Source: an uncultured cyanobacterium (GTDB lineage: Bacteria; Cyanobacteriota; Cyanobacteriia; Phormidesmidales; Phormidesmidaceae). From it: a DNA stretch of 64,000 bases. The notes under the pieces are model-generated. The model did not search any database. It was not told the DNA's origin and saw only the letters and a list, made by a program, of their open reading frames with translations. Positions 63,114-64,000 of this stretch are shown one piece after another. The translations under genes were made by a program, and so were the position numbers. Every line of letters begins with the position of its first letter. Position 1 is the stretch's first letter. Location: positions 800,001 through 864,000 of the forward strand of contig CAWBZI010000001.1 of the NCBI GenBank assembly GCA_963793265.1, written 5' to 3'.

Positions 63114-63704
63114 TCATCGCACTCGCTTTGAAAGTAGCAGGCGTTGGGGCCTTAGTCCCAGACCCGAAAGGATAGGATTACTAACCTCGCAAGGGCTATA
63201 TCCTGCTTGAGCGTAAAGTGCCTGAGCAGCGTCGTTATCTGCCATTACGTGAAGATATATACGGCGAAAGCCCCAGCTTAGAGCAATGCTCTCGCAAGTT
63301 GATAAGAGCTGCTGCGCTGCGCCCTGACGACGACTGTCAGGGCTAATTGCCAGATTAGCCAGGTAAGCTCGCTTTGGCGGAAAAAGTTGCCAGGTTTCGC
63401 AGGGGCGTTGAGAAATTTCGGCGGTGCCGATTACCGTATCAGACTGGGTTGCATCAGGGTGGAGGGTCACAGCTACCAGGCAAGCATACTGACCCACTGG
63501 CGTCTTTATTTTGACCTTGATGTCTTCTTGAATTCCAATTCGCAAAATCCAATATAACCATTGCGTGGCTTTGGCTTGAGCGTAAAAACTAGAGAGCAGA
63601 ACGCTAACAATTTGAGCCAAATCTTTTGGCTGAGCTGCTCGAATGCGGAAGGGTTGCCGCTGATATGCGGTCGTAATTTCGCGCTCGGCATTGGCCTTAG
63701 GCAT
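63114..63704 (-). CDS. GNAT acetyltransferase
   Basis: YLANLAI..RRQGAA and NDAAQALY..AGY. Confidence 0.88.
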   Translation of the reverse strand: MPKANAEREITTAYQRQPFRIRAAQPKDLAQIVSVLLSSFYAQAKATQWLYWILRIGIQEDIKVKIKTPVGQYACLVAVTLHPDATQSDTVIGTAEISQRPCETWQLFPPKRAYLANLAISPDSRRQGAAQQLLSTCESIALSWGFRRIYLHVMADNDAAQALYAQAGYSPCEVSNPILSGLGLRPQRLLLSKRVR

Positions 63705-63812
63705 AGTAAAAACTCGAAAGAGGGTGGGAACTTTATAAAAGACGTTGCACAGTCGCCTCCGCACTGTCAGGGGTTTCAACGATATTTCGGTCTAAATGTG
63801 AGAGATTGATGC

Positions 63813-64000
63813 ATGGCAGTTAGAGAGCGCAGTCGGCGGAAAAAAACATCCAAACACAAAATCTTAGTGGTGGATGACGAGCCCGATAATTTAGATCTGC
63901 TCTACCGGACATTCTACCGAGATTTCAAGGTTATTAAGGCTCAAAGCGGTCACGATGCTTTAGAACTGCTCTCTGAACAAGGCGATATTGCAGTAATTAT
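63813..64000 (+). CDS. Receiver-domain protein, truncated by the window end
   Basis: Translated by hand: MAVRERSRRKKTSKHKILVVDDEPDNLDLLYRTFYRDFKV... Confidence 0.85.
   Translation, partial: MAVRERSRRKKTSKHKILVVDDEPDNLDLLYRTFYRDFKVIKAQSGHDALELLSEQGDIAVI

Overview
64 kb of cyanobacterial chromosome. HIP1 (GCGATCGC) is abundant and ycf3 and psbV are present; the style suggests a Leptolyngbyaceae or PCC 7335-like organism (inference). Most of it is housekeeping: thiC, aspS, aroA, ycf3, gatC, ftsH, two clpS, trm1, bioB, hspA, map, psbV, accD, pilD, leuB, hisC. The accessory content is: (1) a three-gene STAND NTPase cluster at 23.3-31.5 kb. It includes a divergent pair of an HTH-AAA_35 protein and a membrane sensor-HAMP-AAA_35 protein, two copies of a shared promoter-like motif and a candidate ~110-nt sRNA. 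This is the best candidate for an undescribed signalling system. (2) A HIP1-free type II restriction-modification island (C5 methyltransferase, RHH regulator, SmaI-like nuclease) in which every gene carries a tandem duplication, probably from assembly. (3) A TPP riboswitch ahead of a damaged symporter and thiC. (4) An Rpn/DUF4351 gene with an internal Shine-Dalgarno and start codon. At many HIP1 sites the + strand switches from G-rich to C-rich, whichever strand is coding. No rRNA, tRNA or CRISPR array was recognised. Family calls come from motif recognition by eye, not database searches.
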